The notes beneath the pieces are model-generated. The model did not search any database. It worked only from the letters and a program-made list of their open reading frames with translations, and was not told where the DNA came from. The translations under genes were made by a program, and so were the position numbers. This document shows positions 15,836 through 25,025 of a stretch of 32,000 nt of DNA, piece by piece. Origin of the DNA: Candidatus Omnitrophota bacterium (GTDB taxonomy: Bacteria > Omnitrophota > Gorgyraeia > Zapsychrales > JANLHA01); the NCBI GenBank assembly GCA_963662715.1, contig OY759724.1:690001-722000 (forward strand). The letters run 5' to 3'. The stretch's first letter is position 1, and the number at the start of each line of letters is the position of its first letter.

Positions 15836-18022
15836 CTATCGGTCCAGGGCCTGCATCGCCGTGGTAAACTCCGAAAAATCCGTTATCGGCTCCCGGCACG
15901 TCTCTTGTTGGCAGATATAAACGGCAGGACAAGCCTGTTTATGTTTTTTAGCGTAAAAAAAGGCTTTCAAAAATTCCTGTTTTTCCGTTTCCCCGGCACA
16001 AGGAGGCACCAGGGACACAACAGCATGAGGAGCAAAGGATTGATTCAGATGATCCAGCATGGCCTGCACCTCGGGGTTCTCTTGCCTCCCGATGAAAATA
16101 ATTTCCTGCCGCGGGCCCAACAATAAATCACAGGCAACAAGCAACTGCGGATAAGTCGCCGGCGCTTCCTGGATGACAGAGGAAAAAAACCGGCAGAGCT
16201 TTTCGGCCTTGGCATACCATTCGGTTTGACCGGTAAATTGAGAAAGCCGGATCAGGTCCCAAGCGGCTAACGCATTGCCGGAAGGAAGAGCTCCCGAGTA
16301 AATATATTTCTGCCTGTCGATGATTTGCGGATCGTCCTGACCTGTCAGGAAAAAACCTCCCTCGGAAGGATCCTCAAAGAGTTCGATCATGCTCTCTGTC
16401 AGCATGTGCGCCTTCTGCAGATATTCCACTTTAAATGTGGCCTGATAAAGTTCAATGAGACCATAAATAAAAAAAGCATAATCGTCTAACATGCCCAGTA
16501 CGGCCGCCTCTTGATCCCGGTACCGGTGAAAAAGCCGTCCGTCATCCCGGACGAGGTTTTTGAGCAGGAAATCAGCCGTCTGTTCGGCGCTTCGGGCATA
16601 TTGAGGTTTGTTAAGAACTCTCGCCCCTAACGAAAGCGCGGCCATCATAAGCCCGTTCCAATCGGCCAAGATCTTGTCGTCCCGGTGCGGACGGGGCCTC
16701 TGAGCCTGTGCCCCCCGGAGTCTCTTCCGTGCAAGACAAAGGCATTCTTCAATCTCCTCGGGCCTCTTTCGAAAATGACGGGCTGTCTGCAGCAAGTCCT
16801 GCTCTATCATCAGAATGTTCTTCTGTGGAAACGCGCCTTTAGGACCGCTGCGGATGTTCCCTGATGTTTTTATCCCGTAATAATAGGCAAAAATCTCTTT
16901 TTCTTCCTTGGAAAGGCAGGAATCTATCTCATGAACATCCCATAAATAATAGGCCCCTTCTTCTAACACATCCACAGGTGGAGAAGCAGAGGCGTCCCTG
17001 CGGGGCAAACTGTCGGCATCTTCCGCGGAATAAAACCCGCCCCCTTCATCATGTAAATTCCCCAATACATATTCTATGGTTTCTTCGGCCACCCGCTTAT
17101 AATCCATCTGCCCGGTGACCTGATAAGTTTCCAGATAAGCGACGGTCAACAGGGCCTGGTCGCACAGCATCTTTTCAAAATGCGGCAGCTGCCAGAATTG
17201 ATCCACGGAATACCGGTGAAACCCGCCCCGCAGATGATCCCGGATGCCTCCCCGGCTCAAAGCCTGGAGCGTCCTGTTAACCATGAATAAAGCTTCCTGG
17301 TTACGGGAGCGGCTCCAATACCTCAACAGAAAGGAAAGGCTGTGCGGCTGGGGGAATTTCGGCCGGATACCAAACCCCCCGTTTTTTCTGTCAAAATGAC
17401 TCTCCATGGACTGAAAAACTTTCTGAAGCAAAGAGGCTTCCACCGGGGAAGGCTCCGGGGAGGGCCGTGCCTCTTTCAGCAAGGCCATAATTTTATCGGC
17501 TGTCTGGTCGACCTTCCCTCTTTCCTTCTCCCACACCTCTTTTACGGATAACAGGACCTCTTTAAATCCGGGACGTCCGCCCTGCCGGTCCAAAGCGAAA
17601 TAGGTCCCCGCAAAAAAAGGACGGCCGTCAGGTGTCAGGAAAAGATTCATCGGCCACCCCCCGTTTCCGGCAAGAAGCATGACGGCCTGCATATAGTAAT
17701 TATCGATGTCCGGACGCTCCTCCCGATCAAGCTTGACAGGAATAAAATGCTGGTTAAGAATCCGGGCCACGTCCACGTCCTGAAAAGACTCCCTCGCCAT
17801 AACATGACACCAATGGCACGTTGAATAGCCGATCGATAAAAAAACCGGCCTGCTTTCCGCCTGAGCCTTACGGAAAGCTTCTTCTCCCCAAGGATACCAA
17901 TCAACCGGGGTCCCGGCGTGCTGTTGCAAATAAGGGCTTTTTTCTCCGCCCAGACGGTTGCGGCGGACATTCTCTTCCATAATGTTCCTCTTGCTCTGCG
18001 GGAGGGACAGGGAAGCCAACAA
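15836..18022 (-). CDS. Thioredoxin-domain protein of the DUF255/YyaL (SPATA20-like) family with six-hairpin glycosidase-like domain
   Basis: [59 protein letters not shown] is the canonical DUF255 N-terminus. The likely true start is the ATG at 17980 ([10 protein letters not shown]...). Confidence 0.85.
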   Translation of the reverse strand: MLASLSLPQSKRNIMEENVRRNRLGGEKSPYLQQHAGTPVDWYPWGEEAFRKAQAESRPVFLSIGYSTCHWCHVMARESFQDVDVARILNQHFIPVKLDREERPDIDNYYMQAVMLLAGNGGWPMNLFLTPDGRPFFAGTYFALDRQGGRPGFKEVLLSVKEVWEKERGKVDQTADKIMALLKEARPSPEPSPVEASLLQKVFQSMESHFDRKNGGFGIRPKFPQPHSLSFLLRYWSRSRNQEALFMVNRTLQALSRGGIRDHLRGGFHRYSVDQFWQLPHFEKMLCDQALLTVAYLETYQVTGQMDYKRVAEETIEYVLGNLHDEGGGFYSAEDADSLPRRDASASPPVDVLEEGAYYLWDVHEIDSCLSKEEKEIFAYYYGIKTSGNIRSGPKGAFPQKNILMIEQDLLQTARHFRKRPEEIEECLCLARKRLRGAQAQRPRPHRDDKILADWNGLMMAALSLGARVLNKPQYARSAEQTADFLLKNLVRDDGRLFHRYRDQEAAVLGMLDDYAFFIYGLIELYQATFKVEYLQKAHMLTESMIELFEDPSEGGFFLTGQDDPQIIDRQKYIYSGALPSGNALAAWDLIRLSQFTGQTEWYAKAEKLCRFFSSVIQEAPATYPQLLVACDLLLGPRQEIIFIGRQENPEVQAMLDHLNQSFAPHAVVSLVPPCAGETEKQEFLKAFFYAKKHKQACPAVYICQQETCREPITDFSEFTTAMQALDR

Positions 18023-18135
18023 TCTTATACAAAGAGGTGCCGGCCTTCTGCCGCACGATCATAAACATATCGATAAATAACAAACGGCAGAGAAAATCTT
18101 CTATCCCTGCCGTCAACGTCCCAACCGGATAATGA

Positions 18136-18342
18136 TCACACTTTTATCTTCAACGCTTTCCTGTAAGTTCTGTTGATGGCTTTTACCATCCTGTCATACG
18201 CCTCCTCGGGTGTCTTCCCCTCGGTCAAATGGTCATCACACAAAGCTGCGAATCCCGCACGATTTTTGATATTGAATATTTTGACACTTTTTTCCCCGAT
18301 TTTCACCGAAACTCCTTTCTGTTCATATTCATTGCCGACCAC
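18136..18342 (-). CDS. Hypothetical small protein (68 aa)
   Basis: ORF only. It has a GTG start with the purine-rich GAAAGG immediately adjacent, and no recognised motif. It lies between a hairpin/T-run and the DUF255 gene. Confidence 0.3.
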   Translation of the reverse strand: MVGNEYEQKGVSVKIGEKSVKIFNIKNRAGFAALCDDHLTEGKTPEEAYDRMVKAINRTYRKALKIKV

Positions 18343-18364
18343 CTTTCTATACTTCCCGGGACAT

Positions 18365-18394
18365 ACAAAAACAAAAATATCAGCCTCGGCTGAT
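18365..18394 (-). terminator. Possible intrinsic terminator after the response-regulator gene
   Basis: The minus strand reads ATCAGCC-GA-GGCTGAT (18379-18394), followed by ATTTTTGTTTTTG. The loop is very short, so the call is weak. Confidence 0.35.
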
Positions 18395-18502
18395 TCATTC
18401 TGCTTAGAAGGCCTCTACAATGAAACGGAACATCCTTCTTCAGGTGAAACGCGCGTCAAAAACACCATAAATCCCTGAGGGTTTCCCTGTTCCGAAAAAA
18501 CC

Positions 18503-18865
18503 TCAGGTTTCTAAAACCTTGTTGATGGAATCCAGGATATAAACTAAATCCGAAGTCTTAACAATAAAATCATCAGCTCCGGCCTGGCGGGCGCGGGTTA
18601 CATCAATAGCCTGTTCCTTATTCGTAAACATGATGACCTTGACATTCCCGTGCTCCTCCTTCATTTGCTGGCAGATATCAAAACCATTGCCATCCGGAAG
18701 CATAATATCCAGCAGAACTAGGTCCGGCTGTGCTTCCCGGAATTTTTCCAGAGCCACCTGTCTGTTTTCTGCCGTAAGGACATCATAGCCCGTCGATTTA
18801 AGACGCATATCCATCACAGAGAGCATATCCTCTTCATCTTCGACAATTAAAACCTTTTTAGACAT
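18503..18865 (-). CDS. Single-domain response regulator (CheY-like receiver)
   Basis: KKVLIVEDEEDML (acidic pair), PDLVLLDIMLPDGNG (phospho-acceptor Asp), VIMFTNK, DDFIVKT. The ATG at 18865 is preceded by AAGGAG with a 6-nt spacer. The track start at 18880 overlaps that RBS. Confidence 0.85.
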   Translation of the reverse strand: MSKKVLIVEDEEDMLSVMDMRLKSTGYDVLTAENRQVALEKFREAQPDLVLLDIMLPDGNGFDICQQMKEEHGNVKVIMFTNKEQAIDVTRARQAGADDFIVKTSDLVYILDSINKVLET

Positions 18866-19019
18866 AGTTGTCTCCTTCATTCAGTGATGATCCATATTAG
18901 GACATATCCAATATAGAAACTATTTTCTTATACTTTCAACATTAATGGAACAATTTTTTAAAATTTTATCAGCCTCCGTTGCTTTCATACGGGATCGTCC
19001 GGCAGGACGTTTCCTTTTC

Positions 19020-20396
19020 TCACGGCAGCTGAGTTTCTCTGACGGCCTCTTTTGGGAAACTAATCCACCACACACACAGCCAGATGACAATGGCCATTAA
19101 ACTGATAATAAAAACAATGGTTGGGCCGTGGATGATCACCAGAGGAATAGCGACAAAAGGCCAAAGGCCTCCCCCCATAAGAGGCTCATGAATCAGCTGT
19201 TTATATCCAAAAGCTGATATGGCTTTTGTTTCCATCTTCGGGTCAACGACCCGAAGTAAAAGCAGTCCTGTTGACGTCACTCCCATAGACTGCCCCAGTT
19301 GAACAATGGCCCGTTCAAACCAGGCGTCCGGAAGGATACGCCGGGCCAGCCAAAGGACACAAAAAACATTCCAAAACACTGTAACCAGAACCAGGCACAG
19401 GAAGGGGATAAAACCTTCAGCGATGTTTTTAACATTCAAAGTCACGATAGCCGAAATAATCAGATAATCCAGAGCCAGGCAGGAAACCCGCTGCATCTTC
19501 CGCGGTTCAACGGGGATTTTCGGCAGATAGAACTTCAACAAATAGCATAACAGGATCGCCCCAAAGATGCTGAATGGCGCCAAAGGGATGATCCGGAATA
19601 ACTGCTTTTCGGACAAAACAAAAATAAAGGATTCCAATAACATGAACCCGTGCTTCACGGCAAACCCTATCAATATGGCCAAAGCAATAAGCAAAAGATG
19701 CAGGAGATATGCGCCAAAAGCATTACAACCCACCGGAGCCCCCCCGGAACAGGCATCCCCTCCGGCATCCTGACTCAACTGATTCTTCACGGCCACCACA
19801 TCCTCGGTCCGTTTTATGACAGCCGTGTATCCTTGCCGGACAGCCCAGTTAATAAGAAACATTCCCGTCACAAGTGCGGAGAGGATACCGAAAGTCGCCG
19901 CGGCAAAACTGTAGTCCGCCCCTTTGGCCCAGTTGAGGGTCTCGAACGTTGACTTGAGCGCAGCCGTTGTCCCGTGCCCCCCTTCGAACCCCAAAGGGAT
20001 AATAATGCCGAGATGCGGCGGAGTATTAAAGGACGGGGCCAAAACAACCCAAGAGACAAAGATAGCGATACAATATTGTCCCCATGCAACAATTTGGCCA
20101 TAAACAAGCTGCGGCCCGCAATATTTCCAGATATTTCTGGGGGCCAGGGAGGGCAAGCTAAAACTCATGAACAATCCGGCGAAAACGATGTTAATGAGAT
20201 GCACCGGGAATTCCTCCCAGCCCCGCGTTAAGGCGGAAGGGAGAAAGCGTCCTGTCACTTGGATAATAAGCAGACCGAGAAGCCCGCTCGTTATTGACGG
20301 AGGCAAGAAAATTTTCTGGAATATTTTCTTTTTATTAATCTTCTGGCCGGCAAGACGAAGCAAATATAAACATACAATGGAAATAATATAGTTCAT
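19020..20396 (-). CDS. gltS: Sodium/glutamate symporter, GltS family
   Basis: Polytopic. GFEGGHGTTAALKSTFETLNW...ATFGILSALVTGMFLINWAVRQGY parallels E. coli GltS LSGGHGTGAAWSKLF...ATFGLVLGGLIGGPVARYLV. The start is probably the ATG at 20396 (MNYIISIV...), not the track start at 20510. Confidence 0.7.
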   Translation of the reverse strand: MNYIISIVCLYLLRLAGQKINKKKIFQKIFLPPSITSGLLGLLIIQVTGRFLPSALTRGWEEFPVHLINIVFAGLFMSFSLPSLAPRNIWKYCGPQLVYGQIVAWGQYCIAIFVSWVVLAPSFNTPPHLGIIIPLGFEGGHGTTAALKSTFETLNWAKGADYSFAAATFGILSALVTGMFLINWAVRQGYTAVIKRTEDVVAVKNQLSQDAGGDACSGGAPVGCNAFGAYLLHLLLIALAILIGFAVKHGFMLLESFIFVLSEKQLFRIIPLAPFSIFGAILLCYLLKFYLPKIPVEPRKMQRVSCLALDYLIISAIVTLNVKNIAEGFIPFLCLVLVTVFWNVFCVLWLARRILPDAWFERAIVQLGQSMGVTSTGLLLLRVVDPKMETKAISAFGYKQLIHEPLMGGGLWPFVAIPLVIIHGPTIVFIISLMAIVIWLCVWWISFPKEAVRETQLP

Positions 20397-20570
20397 AGTC
20401 CCTGCCCCGGTGAAAAATTCACCCGCATCATCCTTACAATCATACAAGAAACTTACGCATATGGGAACCCTAAAAATAGACAATAAACAACGGAATCCGT
20501 CCCTCCCCATAAAGGGTATCGCAAAAATCTACGGGAGATAAAAAAGGACGAGAGGGAAAAAACCTCCGGC

Positions 20571-20599
20571 TTGTCCGTAAACATATCATAATCTATAAT
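20571..20599 (+). promoter_or_regulatory. Candidate sigma70-type promoter for panE (TTGTCC-17 nt-TATAAT)
   Basis: TTGTCC at 20571-20576, a 17-nt spacer, TATAAT at 20594-20599. This is 60 nt upstream of the ATG at 20659. Sequence match only. Confidence 0.4.
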
Positions 20600-20658
20600 G
20601 GGACAAAGACCGCTTCCTTAAAGCCAAACACTTCAAACTCTACTGAAGGGAAAAACCT

Positions 20659-21609
20659 ATGCGGATACTGAATTACGGGGCCGGAGCCGTCGGATTAGGT
20701 ATTGATTCCTGTCTTTTATCATCCGGCTGTTCGGTCGATATTATCTCACGTCCGGAAACCGTCCGGGCATTAAAAGAGCACGGCCTAAAACGCACCGGGA
20801 TATTCAAAGAGCACTTGACGCCCCCTTCCCGCTTCGGAGCTTATGTTTCCCTCAATGATCTGCCTTCCCAAGAATATGATTATATCCTGGTTTCCACGAA
20901 ATCTTTTGATTCCCGCACGGCAGCTCAGGACATCTGTCACACCCCCCGTCTCTACAACAAACAGACCAGAATCATCCTTTTCCAAAACGGATGGGGCAAT
21001 GCAGATTTATTCACATCCTTTTTTCCCAAGGAGCAAATTTTCTGCGCCCGGGTCATTACGGGTTTTATCCGGCCGGCCCTTTATACCGTCGAAGTAACCG
21101 TGCATGCCGATGCCATCCATATCGGCAGCCTCTTCCAAGAAGAGACAAGGGACATTGAAGATTTATGTCAGGCCATAACCCGGGGAGGAATTCCCTGCCA
21201 GGCGACGAAAAGCATTGGCAAGGATTTATGGGCCAAAATGCTTTATAACTGCGCCTTGAACCCCCTGGGCGCCATCCTTAACGTGCCTTACGGACACCTC
21301 GGACAACGCGATGAAACAAAAGAATTAATGAATACCATTGTTTCCGAAGTTTTTGACGTCATGAAAGCCGCCGGCTACCATACTCACTGGTCCACGGCCG
21401 AAGCTTATCTGGACATTTTTTATTCCAGGCTCCTCCCTCTCACCGCCGGACATCATTCTTCGACGCTTCAGGATATCCGGGCGGGGAAACGGACAGAGGT
21501 CGACGCGCTCAACGGCATCGTCGTTCAACTCGCCCGGTCCCGCAATATAAATGTTCCAGCTAATCAAACGGTGTACCGCATGGTCAAATTTCTCGAACAA
21601 AAACCTTAA
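20659..21609 (+). CDS. panE: 2-dehydropantoate 2-reductase (ketopantoate reductase, ApbA/PanE family)
   Basis: N-terminal Rossmann motif ILNYGAGAVG. The C-terminal family signature is HSSTLQDIRAGKRTEVDALNGIVVQLARSRNINVPANQTVYRMVK. RBS GAAGGGA is present. Confidence 0.85.
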   Translation: MRILNYGAGAVGLGIDSCLLSSGCSVDIISRPETVRALKEHGLKRTGIFKEHLTPPSRFGAYVSLNDLPSQEYDYILVSTKSFDSRTAAQDICHTPRLYNKQTRIILFQNGWGNADLFTSFFPKEQIFCARVITGFIRPALYTVEVTVHADAIHIGSLFQEETRDIEDLCQAITRGGIPCQATKSIGKDLWAKMLYNCALNPLGAILNVPYGHLGQRDETKELMNTIVSEVFDVMKAAGYHTHWSTAEAYLDIFYSRLLPLTAGHHSSTLQDIRAGKRTEVDALNGIVVQLARSRNINVPANQTVYRMVKFLEQKP

Positions 21610-21670
21610 ATATTCCTAACTCCCTAAAATTTTTCGAGGCTTCAATTCAACCTGTCCACGGGACAAACAG

Positions 21671-21696
21671 AAAGGCAGTGAGCTGTCACTGCCTTT
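21671..21696. terminator. Bidirectional intrinsic terminator between convergent genes
   Basis: Perfect hairpin AAAGGCAGTGA-GCTG-TCACTGCCTTT, flanked by A-rich sequence (5') and T-rich sequence (3'). Confidence 0.6.
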
Positions 21697-21718
21697 CTTG
21701 AAAATCTCAGAAATAAAA

Positions 21719-22066
21719 TTATGCCCGAATCTTGAAAATATTATTAATGACCTTCGGGTCCCCGGCCGTAGCCTTTTTAGCGATATTAATAATATCCAAA
21801 GAAATGATGGATACAAAAATGAGGAATAACAGCATGAAAATTTTCATATTCTTTGACCAGGAATCGATCTGCCAGTCCAAATTTTTTTCATCAATACCAA
21901 AGACAGCGGCACTGCTGAAAAACAGGACGCCGGTGCTTAAAATAAACGCAATATGCATGACACGATGCACCAGCAATTCGGCAAGGCATAGAACAACAAA
22001 AAACACCAAAAAAGACAAAGAAACAAATTCGGCTGTCTTGATCCGTTCGTCTTGAGTCCTTATCAT
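21719..22066 (-). CDS. Hypothetical small membrane protein (3 TM segments)
   Basis: 115-aa hydrophobic ORF with a strong RBS AGGAGGGG 3-4 nt upstream of the ATG at 22066. Confidence 0.55.
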   Translation of the reverse strand: MIRTQDERIKTAEFVSLSFLVFFVVLCLAELLVHRVMHIAFILSTGVLFFSSAAVFGIDEKNLDWQIDSWSKNMKIFMLLFLIFVSIISLDIINIAKKATAGDPKVINNIFKIRA

Positions 22067-22150
22067 TTACCCCTCCTGAAAAAATAATTTAAATATATCA
22101 TAAACATCAATGACAGCTCGAGCAAGAGGAATGATAAAAATTTGTCTCAT

Positions 22151-22189
22151 AAAAAAGGGCAGAGAATAATCATGATTATTCTCTGCCCC
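22151..22189 (-). terminator. Strong intrinsic terminator after the EF-G-like gene
   Basis: The minus strand reads GGGGCAGAGAATAATCA/TGATTATTCTCTGCCC, a 16-bp perfect palindromic stem. T6 follows. It lies 20 nt downstream of the stop at 22210. Confidence 0.75.
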
Positions 22190-22209
22190 AAAAAAGAAAA
22201 AGACAGGTC

Positions 22210-24156
22210 TTATTCCTTATTTTCTTCTTTATTCTTCTCCTCTACAACTTGAGCCGTTATTTTCGACGGGGCCTGTTCATAATGGGAAAACTTCATGGAA
22301 TAGCTGCCCCGGCCCCCTGTCATCGAACGCAAATCTGTAGCATACTTGAACAATTCCGACAAAGGGATCTGCGCTATGATCGCTTCATTCTTGCCTTTGG
22401 CCTCCTGCCCCTGAATTCTTCCCCTCCGGGAGCTGATGTCCCCGGAAATCTGACCGATGAAGTCACTGGGGATGACGATCGTCACTTCCATAATCGGTTC
22501 AAGTAAAATAGGCCCGGCCTGTTTCACGGCCTCTTTCAAGGCCATAGCCCCGGCGATCTGAAAAGCCATATCGGAAGAATCAACGGCGTGGAAGGAACCG
22601 TCAACAAGATTAATCTGAATATTAATGATCGGAGATTTGGCGATAACGCCTTCGGTAATCGTCTGTTTAACGCCTTTTTCTACGGAAGGGATATAATTCT
22701 TGGGGATAGCCCCGCCGAAAATCTTATTAACAAATTCATATTCTTCGCCGTCCCGGGGGATAGGGGCTATTTCCAGATCCACGTCCCCGTATTGCCCCCG
22801 CCCGCCAGACTGTTTTTTATATTTGTAACGGTACCGGGCCGTCTTGGTAATGGTTTCCCGGTAGCGGACTTTCGGCGTCCCCAGTTCCACATCCAGATTA
22901 TACCGGCTTTTCATGCGGTCCAGAATGACCTTCAGGTGCAAATCCCCCATCCCGGAGATAATAAGCTCTTTTGTCTCGGTGTCTCGCTCGATCTGCAGAG
23001 TATGGTCCTCCTCACACATCCTATGCAAACTCGTTGATATCTTTTCCTCATCCGCCCGCGTTTTAGGCTTGATGGATGCCGACAAAGACGGCGCAGGGTA
23101 AGCGATGGGAGCAAAGGCATATTTTTCACCGGAAGCGGTGATGGTATCTGAAACATGGCTGTTTTTCAATTTCGGCAATGCGACAATATCCCCGCACTCC
23201 GCCTGGACAACTTTTGTCTGCTCCTTCCCCTGCAAAAGGCTGATGGTGCTGACATGTTCCTTGGTCTTGTTGGTGACGTTATAGCAGTCCGAATTGGCCT
23301 GCATTGTCCCGCTGACGATCCGAAACAGTGACAACTGTCCAAGATGCGGATCAAAAAGAGACTTAAAAACAAAGCCGGAGAAAGGCCCTTCTGATGAAAG
23401 AGAGACTTCTTTTTCCTCCTCGGAATCGGAAAGCAGACCTTTAAATGCGGGCCGTTCAACCGGGGAAGGGAGATAAGCGATAACAGCCTCCAGCAGAGCT
23501 TCAACGCCTTCATCATTTAAAGCGCTGCCGCAAATGACAGGGTAAATTTTCGCATCAACGACAGCCTGCCGCAAAACACCTTTAACATCATCCGGGGATA
23601 ACGTCCCTTCCTCTAAATATTTCTCTAAAAGTTTGTCATCTGATTCGGCAATAGCCTCAATAAATTCCGAAGACTCAAGATCAATCTTAACGGCCTTATT
23701 GGACAACTGCTCCTGGATAGAAGCGATGGCTTCATCCACTTTCGCTTCTTCTTTGTCAGTTTTGTTAACATAAATAAGACACGGCAATCCCATGGCCTTT
23801 AATCTGTCCCAGGCATCCTCTGTCCCGACTTCCACGCCGTTAACAGCATCGACCACCAGGATCGCGGCGTCCGTCGCCTGAATGGCGGACACGGTTTCAC
23901 CGACAAAGTCCATGTACCCGGGAGTATCAATCATCTGTATCTGATGATCTTTATAATTCACTCTCAGGAAACTTGAATTGATGGATATCTTGCGTTCCTG
24001 CTCGTCTTCATTATAATCACTTACGGAGGTGCCTTGCATGACATCCCCTTTTCGTGTCGTTGCCTTGCAAAAGAACAAGATGCTTTCGGCCAAAGTGGTT
24101 TTCCCGCTATGGGCATGCCCGACCAAGGTGATATTTCGTTTTAATTTTACATCCAT
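22210..24156 (-). CDS. Elongation factor G family GTPase, short stand-alone paralog (reduced G' insertion)
   Basis: G1 GHAHSGKTT, G3 DTPGYMDF, G4 NKTD. EF-G domain IV/V signatures are KKQSGGRGQYG, DGSFHAVDSS and LLEPIMEVTIV. It is 648 aa, compared with about 700 for canonical EF-G. The segment between NKTD and ICGSA is about 45 aa shorter. It is not embedded in an rpsL-rpsG-fusA-tuf context. Confidence 0.85.
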   Translation of the reverse strand: MDVKLKRNITLVGHAHSGKTTLAESILFFCKATTRKGDVMQGTSVSDYNEDEQERKISINSSFLRVNYKDHQIQMIDTPGYMDFVGETVSAIQATDAAILVVDAVNGVEVGTEDAWDRLKAMGLPCLIYVNKTDKEEAKVDEAIASIQEQLSNKAVKIDLESSEFIEAIAESDDKLLEKYLEEGTLSPDDVKGVLRQAVVDAKIYPVICGSALNDEGVEALLEAVIAYLPSPVERPAFKGLLSDSEEEKEVSLSSEGPFSGFVFKSLFDPHLGQLSLFRIVSGTMQANSDCYNVTNKTKEHVSTISLLQGKEQTKVVQAECGDIVALPKLKNSHVSDTITASGEKYAFAPIAYPAPSLSASIKPKTRADEEKISTSLHRMCEEDHTLQIERDTETKELIISGMGDLHLKVILDRMKSRYNLDVELGTPKVRYRETITKTARYRYKYKKQSGGRGQYGDVDLEIAPIPRDGEEYEFVNKIFGGAIPKNYIPSVEKGVKQTITEGVIAKSPIINIQINLVDGSFHAVDSSDMAFQIAGAMALKEAVKQAGPILLEPIMEVTIVIPSDFIGQISGDISSRRGRIQGQEAKGKNEAIIAQIPLSELFKYATDLRSMTGGRGSYSMKFSHYEQAPSKITAQVVEEKNKEENKE

Positions 24157-24273
24157 ATAGCCTTCCCCGTGTTTAATAATTAATGACTTAGCTTTACTGT
24201 AAACAAATAAAAACCCTCCCCCCTCCTCTGCAAGATCTGCCTAGAAGCCAAAGGACCGATTTATACTTTATAT

Positions 24274-24723
24274 CTACTTAAATATGACTTCCCCGGATTC
24301 GACATCAAGGGCAACATGATGCTGTCCGGCGTCCTGGGCGGAATTTTCCCGCAACCGAATGTTCTTTTGCTTTAAAATTTCTATAGTTGAATTTAAATTC
24401 TTTATATATTCCGGGTCATTCTCATCATGCGGGACATTCTCTCCCGTAACAAGCGCCACTTCAATACTTTCCCTGTCCGCCCCTATAAGAGCCATATCTT
24501 CGACCATTTCCTCAATCGCCTCTGCCGCGCTCCGCAATGTTGACGAATGCCATTTTTTATCCATACGGCCGGAAAAATACAACGCATGCGCTAAACCGCC
24601 GATCTTATGATTAGCATCATAAGCTAAAATAACCAAACAGGCCCCGTTCGTATCAGATTCCAGAACAACCTCACCCTGCCCCGCCATAATCTCGCCTCGA
24701 TGTACGTCAATTATCCTTTTCAC
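24274..24723 (-). CDS. cheD: CheD-like glutamine deamidase family protein
   Basis: 149 aa. VHRGEIMAGQGEVVLESDTNGACLVILAYDANHKIGGLAHALY parallels the CheD core (IGxGE...LGSCVAVxLYDxxxKIGGMAHxMLP), with the Cys and His retained. The C-terminal GQHHVALDVESGEVIFK matches the CheD end. The GTG start has AAGGAGG 5 nt upstream. Confidence 0.55.
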   Translation of the reverse strand: MKRIIDVHRGEIMAGQGEVVLESDTNGACLVILAYDANHKIGGLAHALYFSGRMDKKWHSSTLRSAAEAIEEMVEDMALIGADRESIEVALVTGENVPHDENDPEYIKNLNSTIEILKQKNIRLRENSAQDAGQHHVALDVESGEVIFK

Positions 24724-24760
24724 TCAGTCCTCCTTTGTTGAGATAAAAAGATGCGACAAT

Positions 24761-24792
24761 AAAAAAAAGGCAACCTGAGATTAGGTTGCCTT
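24761..24792 (-). terminator. Intrinsic terminator inside the leader of the CheD-like/EF-G-like operon
   Basis: The minus strand reads AAGGCAACCT-AATCTC-AGGTTGCCTT, followed by more T (T8 in total). It lies 38 nt upstream of the GTG start of the CheD-like gene. Confidence 0.65.
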
Positions 24793-24887
24793 ATTTTTCT
24801 TCGCAATTTTTTATTTTAACAATCATAAAGCTATTACCCCCCTGTAATAGTTTTAAATATTTTACTACTAAGCGCCCTTATTTGCAA
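24791..24887 (-). promoter_or_regulatory. Candidate promoter plus leader (hairpin and 11-codon mini-ORF), forming a possible attenuator or small RNA
   Basis: On the minus strand, TTGCAA (24882-24887), a 17-nt spacer and TAAAAT (24859-24864). A hairpin CTATTAC-AGGGGG-GTAATAG follows (24831-24850). Then comes ATGATTGTTAAAATAAAAAATTGCGAAGAAAAATAA (24791-24826, MIVKIKNCEEK). Its stop codon abuts the terminator stem. Confidence 0.35.
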
Positions 24888-24994
24888 GAAATATCCGCAG
24901 AAGACCGGGCAAAATAAAAATGTCCGCGATCAAAAAACATCCATTCTTCCAATATAAATGTCCCGGTTGTTTGAATTTATCGCTTTAAGTCTTG

Positions 24995-25025
24995 AAAAAA
25001 AACCGGAGAAATAAATTCTCCGGTT
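24995..25025 (-). terminator. Intrinsic terminator (minus strand)
   Basis: The minus strand reads AACCGGAGA-ATTTATT-TCTCCGGTT, followed by T8. It lies 250 nt downstream of the stop of the 25279-26685 gene. Confidence 0.6.

Noticed and set aside
21616-21816. 66-aa minus-strand ORF
   Set aside because: It spans the bidirectional terminator hairpin and overlaps the 3' end of the better-supported 21719-22066 membrane-protein gene in another frame.
22210-24156. Tet(M)/Tet(O)-type ribosomal protection protein, considered because the length (648 aa) is close to theirs
   Set aside because: Domain IV carries the EF-G-specific motifs KKQSGGRGQYG and DGSFHAVDSS, and similarity to E. coli EF-G extends through the C terminus. 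It is called an EF-G paralog. Any resistance function would be speculation.
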